Below, piece by piece: positions 52,150 through 64,000 of a DNA stretch of 64,000 bases. The DNA comes from Octopus sinensis. Lineage: Eukaryota. The notes beneath the pieces were generated by a model. The model was not told the DNA's origin. It worked only from the letters and a program-made list of their open reading frames with translations, and searched no databases. Position 1 is the first letter of the stretch. Each line of letters starts with the position of its first letter. Where the stretch lies: contig NC_043006.1 of NCBI RefSeq assembly GCF_006345805.1, positions 47,492,001-47,556,000 of the forward strand, in the 5' to 3' direction. The translations under genes and the position numbers were made by a program.

Positions 52150-52281
52150 CTATCTGATATTTTTTCCTATCTTGTCTGTAATAGATTTGTGATTTTTCGG
52201 TGGTACAGAAGTAATCTGCCTGTACGGCTAATAATTCGCTTACCACTTGTGATGGTATTTTAATAATACCATCCCTATATT

Positions 52282-52313
<32 letters not shown>

Positions 52314-52364
52314 ATATACCTATGTAGTTATGTATGTATGTATGTATGTATGTATTTATGTATG

Positions 52365-52435
<71 letters not shown>

Positions 52436-52832
52436 CATATATATTCATATATCTATATGTATATATATATATATTAGTTTTCTATGTTTCGCTCAAAATG
52501 AGATTATAACTGTCTTTAAATGTGACTAGGGTGTTAGAAATATTGCTAGAAATAAGAGCTAAAATGCTTTCCCTCTGTCTGTCTGTCAGGAAAACAAAAG
52601 ATGAATACAGGTGTATTAGTGAGAAAGTCTTTTAAGTTTCGATCCTTCGCACTTTAAGAGAAATGAATAACAGAAAATAAACAGATAGAATAAAAAAAAA
52701 GCACTTGTGTATTTAGCGGTCAAGCATGTATATATATATATACGTATGTACGTGTGAGTGTGTACGTGTTTAGTTGTGTGTATATGTGCGCCGCGCGCGT
52801 GGTGTTTCTCAGTGTGTGTTTGTATGCCTGCG

Positions 52833-53160
52833 CGTGGCTCAGTGGTTAGAGCGTCGAGCTTACGTCGTGAGGTTGTGAGTTCGAATCCCTGACCGGGCTG
52901 CGTGTTGTGTTCTTGAGCAAGACACTTTATTTCATGTTGCTCCAGTTCACTCAGCTGTAGAAATGAGTTGCAGTGTCACAGGTGCCAAGCTGTATCGGAC
53001 CCTTTTGCCTTTCCCTTGGATAACACTGGTGGTGTGGAGAGGGGAGGCCGGTATGCATGGGCGACTGCTGGCCTTCCATAAACCACTTTGCCCAGACTTG
53101 CGATTAGGAGGGTAACTTTCTAGGTGCAATCCCATGGTCAGTGTCGTGACCGAAGGGGGG
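52833..53160 (+). mobile_element. tRNA-derived CORE-like SINE (family D)
   Basis: A-box TGGCTCAGTGG and B-box GAGTTCGAATCCC, followed by the CORE-like GTGTTCTTGAGCAAGACACTT...CCAGTTCACTCAGCTGTAGAAATGAG. Confidence 0.8.
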
Positions 53161-53373
53161 GCCCGATATGATATCTACACCAAGCCCTATCTCTATTTGT
53201 CTTTTCCGTATTCTTCTCAGATTTCATTTTATATACATTCGCTCATTATATCTACTGAAATATATTAATAATTAATATGTTTATTCTATCAAAAGTATAT
53301 ACAAACATACACACACAGAAACGCATACACACGCAGTTTCTGTCTACCAAATCTACTCACAAGATTCTCTCCT

Positions 53374-53407
<34 letters not shown>

Positions 53408-53843
53408 TCTCTCTCTCTTTCGCTGCCTGCTCAACAAATATTTTAACGATGTAATTCCCCTCTTCACGTCTTTAACATTTCTCTCTTTTCACTGCCGAAC
53501 TCCTCTAACCACTTACCACATGAGTGACAGCAAATGCATCGACTGACTATTTGCACTCTCACTCACCCTCACATTCCCCCCCCTCTCTAACACACTAAAG
53601 CGTAAAGTGTAAACAAACACATAAAAGAATAAATATTACAGATTTATTTCAATAAAAATCTACTTTTCACTATCAACACACCAACTCCACCACCACCACC
53701 ACCACCACCAGCACCACCACCACCCTCATCATCATCATCATCATCATCACCACCATCACTATAGCTTTCAGTAACAAAGTTTATTCAATTTTATTTCAGT
53801 CCAGTATATCTACATTTTCTTGCCGTGATGATCTGACAATAGA

Positions 53844-54505
53844 AGGCGGCGAGCTGGGAGAAACATTAGCGCGCCTGGCGAAATGCTGAGCTGTATTTCG
53901 TGTCCCGTTACGTTCTGAGTTCAAATTCTGCCGAGCTCGACTTTGCCTTTCATCCTTTCGGGTTCGATTACATAAGTACCAGTTACGTACTGGTGTCGAT
54001 GTAATCGGCTTAATCCCTTTGTCTGTCCTTGTTTGTCCTCTCTATGTTTAGCCCCTTGTAGGCAATAAAGACATAAGAAACGTTAGCACCCGGGGTGGAA
54101 TGCTTAACGGTATTTCGTCTGCCGTTACGTTCTGAGTTCAAATTTCACCTAGGTCGACTTTGCCTTTCAACCTTCGGGGTCGATAAATTAAGTACCAGTT
54201 ACGAACTGGGGTCGATATAATCGACTTAATCCGTCTGTCTGTCCTTGTTTGTCTCCTCTGTGTTTAGCCCCTTGTGGGTAGTAAAGAAATAGGTATTTCA
54301 CCCGTCTTTACGTTCTGAGTTCAAATTCCGCCGAGATCGAATTTGCCTTTCATCCTTTCGGGGTCGATTAAATAAGTACCAGTTAAGTACTGGTATCGAT
54401 GTAATCGACTTAATCCCTCTGTCTGTCCTTGTTTGTCACTTCATTGTTGTATTTCTTTTTGTTTTTTTTTGTTTTTTATTGCCCAGTGGGCACTAAAGAA
54501 ATAAA
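53844..54505 (+). mobile_element. SINE family B head-to-tail trimer (units start near 53844, 54077 and 54292)
   Basis: Same units, linker and order of junctions as 14309-15025. Confidence 0.9.
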
Positions 54506-54913
54506 TAGAAAACGGTATCTACTATCTCTCTCTGTCTCTGTTCCTGTCTTTGCCTCTCCTTCTCTCTCTCACTTTCTCTCTCTGTCTTTCAATCTCTCTT
54601 AATTCAAACGCCTCCCGTGTCCATCTCTCTCTATCTGCCTTTCTTAAACCTTACCACCAGAACATCACCCGCAGTATTGTATCCCAAACACATCTCTTTC
54701 TCTTTACATTCCCCTCCCCATCCTACAGCATGTCATGAATCCTTTCTACTTTCTTTTCTCTCACCGAAATTTTCTCTCGCTCTTCGCCTCACCCTGCAAC
54801 TAACCACGAGTTGCATTTGGCTTCAGTGCATTATTATACTCCTCTCGTCTTTCATCTCCACTCACATTCCTCTCCCCTCTCTTTCTCTCTCTCACTCTCT
54901 CTCACTCTCTCTT

Positions 54914-54945
<32 letters not shown>

Positions 54946-54960
54946 CATATGTATATACGT

Positions 54961-55088
54961 CAGGTTTCTTTCAGTTTCCATCTATCAAATGCACCCACAT
55001 GGCTTTGGTCGACCCGAAGTTGCTACGCAGTGGGACTGAAACCAGAACCATGTGGTTGAAAAGTATGCATCTTACCACACAGCCACGC
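54961..55088 (-). mobile_element. SINE family A, 5' half
   Basis: The reverse complement reads GCGTGGCTGTGTGGTAAGATGC...CCACATGGTTCTGGTTTCAGTCCCACTGCG...GGAAACTGAAAGAAACC. Confidence 0.8.
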
Positions 55089-55094
55089 TTTCAC

Positions 55095-55193
<99 letters not shown>

Positions 55194-55201
55194 GGATAAG
55201 A

Positions 55202-55570
55202 GCACTCCGTCGGTTGCGACGATGAGGGTCCCAGCTGATACGATCAACGGAACAGCTTGCTCGTGATATTAACGTGCAAGTGGCCGAGCACTCCACAGGC
55301 ACGTGTACCCTTAACGTAGTTCTCGAGGAGATTTAGCGTGACACAGATTGTGACAAGGCTGGCCCCTTGAATACAGGTACAAGAGAAAACAGGAAGAAAG
55401 AGCGAGAGAAAGTTGTGGTGAAAGGTACAGCAGGGTTCACCACCATCCCTGCAGAGCCTCGTGGAGCTTTAGGTGTTGTCGCTCATAAACACTCACAACG
55501 CCCGGTCTGGGATCGAAACCGCGATCCTCCGACCGCGAGTCCGCTGCCCTAACCACTGAGCCATTGCGCC
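55202..55570 (-). mobile_element. tRNA-derived SINE family C, full length
   Basis: Head GGCGCAATGGCTCAGTGGTTAGGGCAGCGGACTCGCGG...GGTTTCGATCCCAGACCGGGCG, homologous to 18954-19298. Confidence 0.9.
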
Positions 55571-55571
55571 T

Positions 55572-55607
<36 letters not shown>

Positions 55608-56159
55608 GTATGTATTTATATATGTGTGTGTGTATGTATGTATGTATGTATTATGTAATCATGTATGTATGTATGTATTTGCACACGTCAGTGCACGAAT
55701 AAGTAAATATTATACTCATTAATAGTGCGGGTATTGCTCCTTATGTATGTGTATATTTCAACAAAGAAACATGCAGACATTCACAGCCAATTATTCAGAT
55801 ATATGTGTATTGGTTTTATATGTATGTGTTTGTGCATGTTTGTGTATGTGTGTGTATATGTGTGTATATGTGTGTGCGTGTGTGTGTGTTCTTTATGCAT
55901 GCATTTGTTTGGCTTCATTAAAATAGCTTTAATTTGAAATATAGTTTTTGAATCAGTGCACGCCTGCATGCTACAGGTGCATATATAGTACTACACATGC
56001 ACAACCCATCACGCATTCATACACGCACAAATATCGTTTCACACACGCGCACACAAACAGTGAGAGGAACACAAAGGCACACATGCATGCGCGTGATTTA
56101 TACGCAACACAACGAAACACGGTAATATTCTTGAACATGCTTCATTCATTCATATATAC

Positions 56160-56650
<491 letters not shown>

Positions 56651-56972
56651 TCGTTTGGCACTTATATGTGTATCATCATGAGGTTTTAATGATATTCGAT
56701 CTAAGATGCAAGTATAAAATTCTAAAAACTTATTCTTTAAAATTCTGTGAGAATTGAAAGAAAATATTAAGATTTTTCATTCGGAAAAATAATCCTTTTG
56801 AGAAAAGCGATATCTGGCAATCTAATGTATTGGCATATGTTTTCCAAATTAGATGTTTGTGTAAATGTTTATGCAAGTGTGTGAACAAACTGAGCTTTAA
56901 TCAGATTTGAATACGTGTGTGTGTGTGTGTGAGTGTGTGTGTGTGTGTGCATGTGTCTGCGTGTGTGTTTCA

Positions 56973-57010
<38 letters not shown>

Positions 57011-57403
57011 TAGTATATATATATACGTGTATTTGTGCATGTGTGTTAGTGTGTGTGTTGTGTGTGTGTGTGTGTGTTCTTATGTGTTGATATGTACGCG
57101 TGTAGAAAGATTAAAGAATTACATCTAACTGTATTTGCACTTCACCTGGTGTCTTGCTTTTTGAATTCTTTGTAGCTCTTTGCTTTATTTTTCCTCTTTT
57201 TGTTTTGTTTGTTTTTCATCATATTTTTTATCTATTAGTTTTCCTGATTTTCCATTTTGATTCTCTTTTCTTCTCACTGAATTTCAGCCTCTATCTTATC
57301 TCTTCTTTCTTCTACTTCTTCAGTCAAACGGAGTGACCTCTGCTACCAAATGAACTGGAAGAGATTTGTACGTTCTCTTGAAGGAAGGCTTTGATAAAGA
57401 ACA

Positions 57404-59410
57404 CTACAAAGTTTGTCCAAGATTCGCTTTTGATGAAGCAGAGAAGAGATTTCTAGCAATAATATTAGTGTCTTCGACATAGAGTAAGATGAACACAAAC
57501 AGCCCATTTATGCCCGAATACATCCAATAAAATATAGCCCAAATATATGCAGTGATGAAATTCAAAACTGAAGTCTCAGAGGCATAGAAGAAAACATAAG
57601 CTTAGGTGTAGCAAGGGAGCTGTTGGGAACACAAGAGAGGAATCACAATAATATTGGTCGATTGATGGATACACCAGTAAATCTCAATGATCATTTCCCG
57701 AATTCTATAATGTGCCGAATACTTATGTTACCTGTTGTTTTGTCTGAACATTATTCAGACTTGCTATACAGTGCAGCATGCCCCTGTTCTACGTTTGTGC
57801 TACCAAGAAACACATTTGTGTTATATTCTCAAGAATATATGGTGACATATAAAACAGTAGCAGAAACAAAAATCGGTCACTGAATTTAACCTACAAAAGC
57901 GGCAATGGCTACTGCAGTCTGATCATCTCGTGTTCCGATTTTTGTAGGAAAAATATACAAAATGGACACATCCTGGGCACCAGAGTCAATGGAGATAGAT
58001 AAAAGTGTTCGAAAGATTCTCTCCCCCTCACAGTCAGTCGGAGGCTCCGTACAACGTTACTAGCCCCTCTATTCGTAAAGACACGGACGATATAAAACTG
58101 CATGGAAGTGCTAGGACCATCCACAGTTCTTAGATTTACAGTTTATCGATGGGATTACTTGAAGCACGTGGAAGAATAAACAAAGAATAACAAAATGAAT
58201 TTGTCATGTAGGATATTTTTAAAAAGCGTCCTCCACAAATCACGCCTCGTTGTGTACAAAGAACAAGTAGGAAAATTAGCCAAGAAAAGAAAAATCTCGT
58301 TTCGGAGTATGAGAAGGATTCGAACGTTGACGTTGTGACCACCGGTGAGAATCTGAAAAATATGCTGTAAATGAATAATTAAGACAAATAAGGAAAACAT
58401 AAACAAGAAATAAGTGGAAATTAAGGAAAATAAAAATTAGAAACAAGTGGAAATTTTACCGGTGAGTGTGTTACATTATAAGACACAAAAAGAAAATGAC
58501 TCTCCCCAGACACCACAGAATATACTTCAACACACGAACTCATATAAAGAATCTTGCAAACTATATTGAAAAACGAAATAGAATAAGTAAGACATATCCT
58601 AATTTATTGTCCTCTCCCTGCATTGATTATGCAAAGACTTAAGAATCTGCGTAGAATGGAGTGGGGACGTATTTGGAAGCAATGCTTCGTGCTCAATCTG
58701 ACGTCACTTGATTTCGATATACGAGGTTTCATTGATCATATAATTAAGATAAGTGCCAGTCATATGAACATCAGTTCTCCGCAGACAGCATAATGACCAA
58801 ACTTCTTCAGACTCTCGGAGACCACCACGCATTGGTATCAGTCTGACATTTTAAAAATGAAAGGAACGAAATTCAATTAAATCTTTTTCAGCCAGGTTGA
58901 TATCGACTTAACCACCCGAATTCATGAACCTGAACTTGACCAAATTGCAAGTGGTCGTTAAGGTCGTACATATGAAATCTTGTTTACGATAGAACATACG
59001 AAAAGTTAGTTCCTCCAAGTTTAGGTCTATAATAGCCAATTTATAAATGCAAATTTTACCCGAGTTACGAAATATAAATGAGAATTATTTGTTTCTCTAT
59101 TTTTTTTTTTACTTCTTAACGCCAAATGTCTTCTGAACATGTGGAAGATACATCATTAATTGCAAAAGAAGAAGATCCCTAAATTTCTCATTTTCAGCAA
59201 TGTAAATAAGAGGAACTTAAATACGTTGCAGGAGCAAAGATGACAACTAATATAGGTTGTCACTTTACAAACGTTTTCGAATCTGAACGAAATACCAAAG
59301 AGCTTGCAAACTAATCTCCGTCCCACTACCATCACAAAAATAACAATAACAATATCAACAGCGATTACATTTGTGGCAACCAAAACAACGTGAACAAACG
59401 ATTTAATAAA
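57404..59410 (-). pseudogene. Probable decayed intronless class-B (Methuselah-like/adhesion-type, 7tm_2) GPCR
   Basis: Mosaic of minus frames in the expected order: Cys-rich N-terminal part (CKLFG..FENVC, about 59270-59320); TM1/ICL1/TM2 FFFSWLIFLLVL+YTTRRDLWRTLFKNILHDKFILLFFVYSS (58170-58300); TM4-like AVAIAAFVG*IQ*PIFVSATVLYV (about 57840-57915); ENITQMCFLV; and TM7 TAYIWAIFYWMYSGINGLFVFILLYV plus a short tail (57404-57601). Many stops and frameshifts. Confidence 0.45.
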
Positions 59411-59807
59411 TTACACCAAACAAAAAAAAAATTACAGTTTCAGTTTACTATTCAACGTAAAGATATCTTAAACGTTTTGTTAGATTGCGAACAAAGTCCT
59501 TTCATTTAGGATGTCAACTAAATGAATTTAGATATAGTACATATCAGCGAAAGTTGAATACCCTGGATAAATGCACTCGAGGTCATTCTCAATGAAAATG
59601 CACATAACTTTAGGCGGCCTAAGTGAGCAGAGTGGAAAAGAACAAAGTCTTGACTCTCCGAAGTCAGCCGATAAACCTGGAGGTGAATATAATTGAGTGA
59701 CGTCCCTTGAATTTTGCGTCTGTTTATTCCCGAACTGGAGCACAACATAAAGAAGATTGAGTATAGTAAATCAATAGAAGGTAAGAAATGCTATTACTAT
59801 CATTAAA

Positions 59808-60030
59808 GTTGCGAGATGGGTGAACCGTTAGAACTCTGCACACAATGCTGAAGGGCATTTCGTCGGTCTTTATGTTCTGCGTTCAAATTTCACCAAGGTT
59901 GACTTTGCCTTTCATCCTCACGGAATCGATGACAATAAGTACCAGTCGAATACTGTGGTTGATGTAATCGATTCACACCTTACTCTGAAATTGCTGATCT
60001 GGTCTTGTGCCAAAAATTTTAAACCGATAT
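59808..60030 (+). mobile_element. SINE family B, diverged monomer (another fragment at about 60075-60135)
   Basis: GTTCTGCGTTCAAATTTCACCAAGGTTGACTTTGCCTTTCATCC...ATAAGTACCAG...GATGTAATCGA. Confidence 0.75.
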
Positions 60031-60768
60031 TATTACTATCATTGTATTCATTATCATTGCCGCGCTGTATCTAGTTCGGTTATTTCTGCTTTGAGTTCAA
60101 ATCCCGCTGCTTACGGTTTTGTCTTTAATCCTTCTAGTGAAAGCAAAAACAACCCGCAAATGATGAGGAAAGTATAAATGACATTCAACCACCAACCATA
60201 TTTGTGTAAAGAATTATTATTATTGAAACGCTTTCCCGACAATCTTTGTTCCTATGTTAGAAATCATTATTTCAGATATTGTTTTTCTTTATTTTCCTTT
60301 TATTGTCTTCGTAAATTCTTTTTATATTTTGATAATGATCGGAAAATTCCCTGAGTATAATATAAATGAATTATAGCATGTAGATAAGCTGATAAGGAAA
60401 ATGGAAACAGAGAACAAAAGCATTCCTGCATAAATTTCAGTGCATATGTTCCATGGTTGAATTGACAATAATGAAATTCATATTTCCTCGTCATTTATCA
60501 AAGAAATTTAAACGGGATGATAATGTTTTGTTTTTCTTTCTATTTAACATGGTGCATCATAATGTAAGATGTTCTAATGTGCGATGTAGTTCCGATATAT
60601 TCAAATATGTTCGGTCATTCTTCATTCAATAAGTTTAATTTGGAACGACCAGAAATTTAACTTCTTGGGAAAGCATACATATGTCTGCTTTCATATGCTT
60701 ATGAGCGTCTGCCATTAACAACTGCACTTTCGTAATCTCGAGCAATTAAAGCTAACGTCAACTATCTA

Positions 60769-61317
60769 TCGTGCCGATTTATAGTAGCTTACGTTTGGAC
60801 TTATTTTAGAACATGGTTGAGTCCATAAAATAGGATTTGACTACATATCCATTTAGAGCACAGTTTAAGCTATCTTTTCGTGGCAGAAGGTTTATATTCC
60901 TATAACTTGTGTTAATTTTGTAACCCTTTATATTGGAAGATAAGAAAGTTCATTTTCGGCACTTGATGTTTGGGAACTAGACAAAAAATGCTGCAACTCG
61001 GCTGGGAAGTGTTACCCCACCCTCCATATTCACCAGATATTTGCACCTTCGGATTTCCACTTATTCAGGTCTCTGCAGAATAGTTTTAATGGTAAAAAAT
61101 TCAATACCTTGAATGACGTAAGAAGATACCTTGATGAATTCTTTGCAATGAATCCAGCTCAATTCTGGGAAGAGGGTATTTTCAAGTTAAAGGTAAGATG
61201 GAGACGCATTGTGCAACAAAATGGTTCATATTTGGTTGATTAAAATTGTAATGGCAAGTATTTATTAATATTTTACTTCCCTTTAAAAATCGGCACGAAC
61301 TTTCCGGACAACCCAAT
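60769..61317 (+). mobile_element. Internally deleted mariner element
   Basis: Left TIR remnant TCGTGCCGATTT; transposase N-terminus EDKKVHFRHLM (60936-60968) fused to C-terminus GTRQKMLQLGWEVLPHPPYSPD...FRSLQNSF...EEGIFKLKVRWRRIVQQNGSYLVD*; right TIR AAATCGGCACGAACTTTCCGGACAACCCAAT. Confidence 0.85.
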
Positions 61318-62147
61318 TCTTGCTGAAACTCTACCAGCTTCTATAGCCTACACATTGGTAGTCAAGGTTGCTTTTTTTAGCCCGATTAAATAATACTGAA
61401 TTTTTCATCAAATATACTAAAGTATTTTAGTAAAAAGTACATAGTGCTTACATTTAACAAATTTAGACCTGTTTTTTTCCTCTTTTCCGTGAAATATATA
61501 CATGTAACATACATCATCTAATTATAATAATGCTCCTTTATTTAAAACTCCCTGTGTATGTGTGTGCGCGCGCGTCTCAACGTAATTCAGGTGAATTCAC
61601 TTGAGATATTGTGACTTTGATAACAACCTACGAGATCATGCTGATACAAAATTTATGAAAGTTGACAAGGATGATGAGAAATCGATGCAATGAGATGCTT
61701 CAGAATTAAGAACAATATTGACTTCGAGTCAATACCAGGTGGAGTAATACCGCCAGTATTCACCTGATTTTGATATCATTACTGTAATGATATCTCAGAG
61801 TATTGTATATTGTTTTTACATTTCTTCAAATATTTAATGAATGCGTTCGACCTCTATATCATTTGTCATATATTCCTATAAAATAGATTTCGAAACGTTT
61901 ACTCAAATGCAGTGAATGTATTCCAAATATTTGTTGATAATTCGGTGGTTTAATGATGGATATAAAGTTGGCACTATATTTACAAATTTCGTTTCGCTAA
62001 TACAAGGGTTTGGGTTTCGATCCCACTGCGGCGAGCTGCTCAAGTGATTTCTATGATAGCTTCCTGTTCACTAGTACCCTGTGAGTATGAAGTGGTGACA
62101 TATTAAAAAAATTGGAAGTTTTATATTGATACTAAGATATGTGCAGT

Positions 62148-62435
62148 GGAGGCACCTGGCCTAGTGGTTAGAGGAGCGGATTCGCGGTCGAGGGATGGCG
62201 GATTCGAATCTCAGGCCGGGCGATGTGTGTGTTTATGAGCGAAACACCTAAGCTCCACGCAGCTCTGGCAGAAGGTAATGGCGAACTTCTGGTGACTCTT
62301 TCGCCACAACTTTCACTCTTTCTTCCTACATCTTGCAGCTCACCGTCCAGGTGGGGAACCTATACACTAAAGAAACCAGGAAACCGGCCCTAACGAGCCA
62401 GGCGTGGCTCGAAAAGGAACAAACAACAAGATGTG
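62148..62435 (+). mobile_element. SINE family C head and body with a third type of 3' tail
   Basis: GGAGGCACCTGGCCTAGTGGTTAGAGGAGCGGATTCGCGG...GAGCGAAACACCTAAGCTCCACG...CCACAACTTTCACTCTTTC, then the unrelated tail CAGGAAACCGGCCCTAACGAGCCAGGCGTGGCTCGAAAAGGAACAAACAAC. Confidence 0.75.
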
Positions 62436-62459
62436 TGAAAGAAGGAGGAAGGGAAAAGA

Positions 62460-62626
62460 AAACAGAAAAAATACATCTTCGTCTCAACAGGCGCAAGGCC
62501 GCATTCTCCGTCAGTATCTCAGCCCCGCGGAACAAGCTACCACAAGATGTCATTCAGCTGCCCACCACTCCCTTGTTCAAAGAGGCTCTAGACAACTGTG
62601 GCGACTATATGTGTAGCTGTGAATAA
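62460..62626 (+). mobile_element. CR1-clade LINE extreme 3' end
   Basis: Reads HLRLNRRKAAFSVSISAPRNKLPQDVIQLPTTPLFKEALD, resembling the CR1 ORF2 end (RK.FFS.R....WN.LP..V......FK..LD). Confidence 0.75.
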
Positions 62627-63010
62627 CAATAACTGTTTTTCTTTATTTCATGGCTTATGCACAATAAATTTGATTTGACTTGATTTGATGAGAGGCGGCG
62701 AAGAATAAAACGGGCTGAAGTAATTAGGTTCGAAGGATGTTTCGTAAATGTGTCATCTTCATTTAGAATTCTAGAATCATAGATGTTTTAAAGAGAGGAA
62801 TTAAAGATTGATTTTGTCAGTATGCGTGATGAATGAAGTCTGTATGTAAATAAAGGTGCAAAAATCTTGAGACATCTGTTATAAGTTCATGTTACTGAAT
62901 ATTTTAATCTAAATATGATTTGTAATTCATTTTGTGTATTGTAATTTTGGGTATTCAACAAATATTCATATCGTGTATCATTTATCTTTTACATGCTTTA
63001 GTTATTAGAT

Positions 63011-63207
63011 TTTGGCCATGCTGGGTCAACGCTTCAGGGATTTTAGTCGAACGACTAGTCCCCAATACCTTTGTTCTCTAAAGCCTGGTACTCAACCTAT
63101 GTGTGAGTGTTGCCGAAACGCTAGATTGCGGGGCCGTAAACACACCAACATAGAATGTCAGTTGGTGACGGGGAATAAAAGATAGACTCAAAGGCACACA
63201 CACACAC

Positions 63208-63239
<32 letters not shown>

Positions 63240-63402
63240 ATATATATATAATTATATATATATATATATATACGATGGCTTCCTAGTGTTTCTGTCTTCA
63301 AAATACACTCAAAAAGCATTAGTCGACATGAGGCTATCGTAGAAAACATTACCCATGGTGCTAGACAGTTGAGCTGAATCCGGAACCACGCACCACACTG
63401 CC
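63011..63402 (-). mobile_element. SINE family A, full-length and strongly diverged
   Basis: Tail TTGGCCATGCTGG at 63011, central (CA)n(TA)n, and head remnant CCGGAACCACGCACCACACTGCC. Confidence 0.65.
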
Positions 63403-63445
<43 letters not shown>

Positions 63446-63856
63446 GCGTACACACACTTATACACACATACACACACAGGCACACACACACGCATGCACA
63501 CACGCACATACATCTTTACACTTGATGTGAATATTCGTTCTAAGAATTCATTGAAATATCGCGAGTGAGATGAATATTGTGACAGAATCTCTGAATGTAC
63601 GTACATCTGCATGTATGTATATATGTATGCATGTGTGTGTATGTATGTATGTATGTATGTATATATGAATGTATGTATGTGTGTGTGTATGTATATATAT
63701 ATGTATGTATGTGTATATGTATGCATGCTTGTGTCTTTATATACACCCTCACACACACAATTATACGTGTATGTACATATGCACATAGACAGTCATATAT
63801 AAATATAGATAGATAGATTGATTGATTGATTGATAGATAAAGCGATATATAGATAA

Positions 63857-63927
<71 letters not shown>

Positions 63928-64000
63928 CATACATACATACATACATACATACATACATACATACATACATCATCGTTATTGTTATTTTCAATATGAAGGC

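Noticed and set aside
58211-58344. Plus-strand candidate exon DIFKKRPPQITPRCVQ… with AG/GT boundaries
   Set aside because: It overlaps the TM1-TM2 region of the minus-strand GPCR-like pseudogene, which explains the region better.

Overview
AT-rich, microsatellite-saturated eukaryotic DNA. The SINE families and repeat landscape look like an octopus/coleoid cephalopod genome (inference from recalled repeat sequences, not from a search). I find no intact protein-coding gene, and nearly all ORFs in the supplied track are translations of simple repeats or antisense frames of transposon remnants. Supportable content: (1) four or five tRNA-derived SINE families in about 25 copies, including multimeric and chimeric forms; (2) remnants of Penelope-like elements, CR1-type LINEs, mariner transposons and Helitrons, one with both termini and a PIF1 helicase fragment; (3) short repeats carrying minimal hammerhead-ribozyme motifs, in two families; (4) several long inverted repeats, including a ~140-bp-arm foldback at 23.7-24.0 kb and a nested inverted block at 47.6-49.3 kb; (5) a young, highly structured 117-bp element sitting in (TA)n arrays; (6) a probable decayed intronless class-B (Methuselah/adhesion-like) GPCR pseudogene on the minus strand at 57.4-59.4 kb. 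All alignments and foldings were done by eye, and repeat boundaries are approximate.
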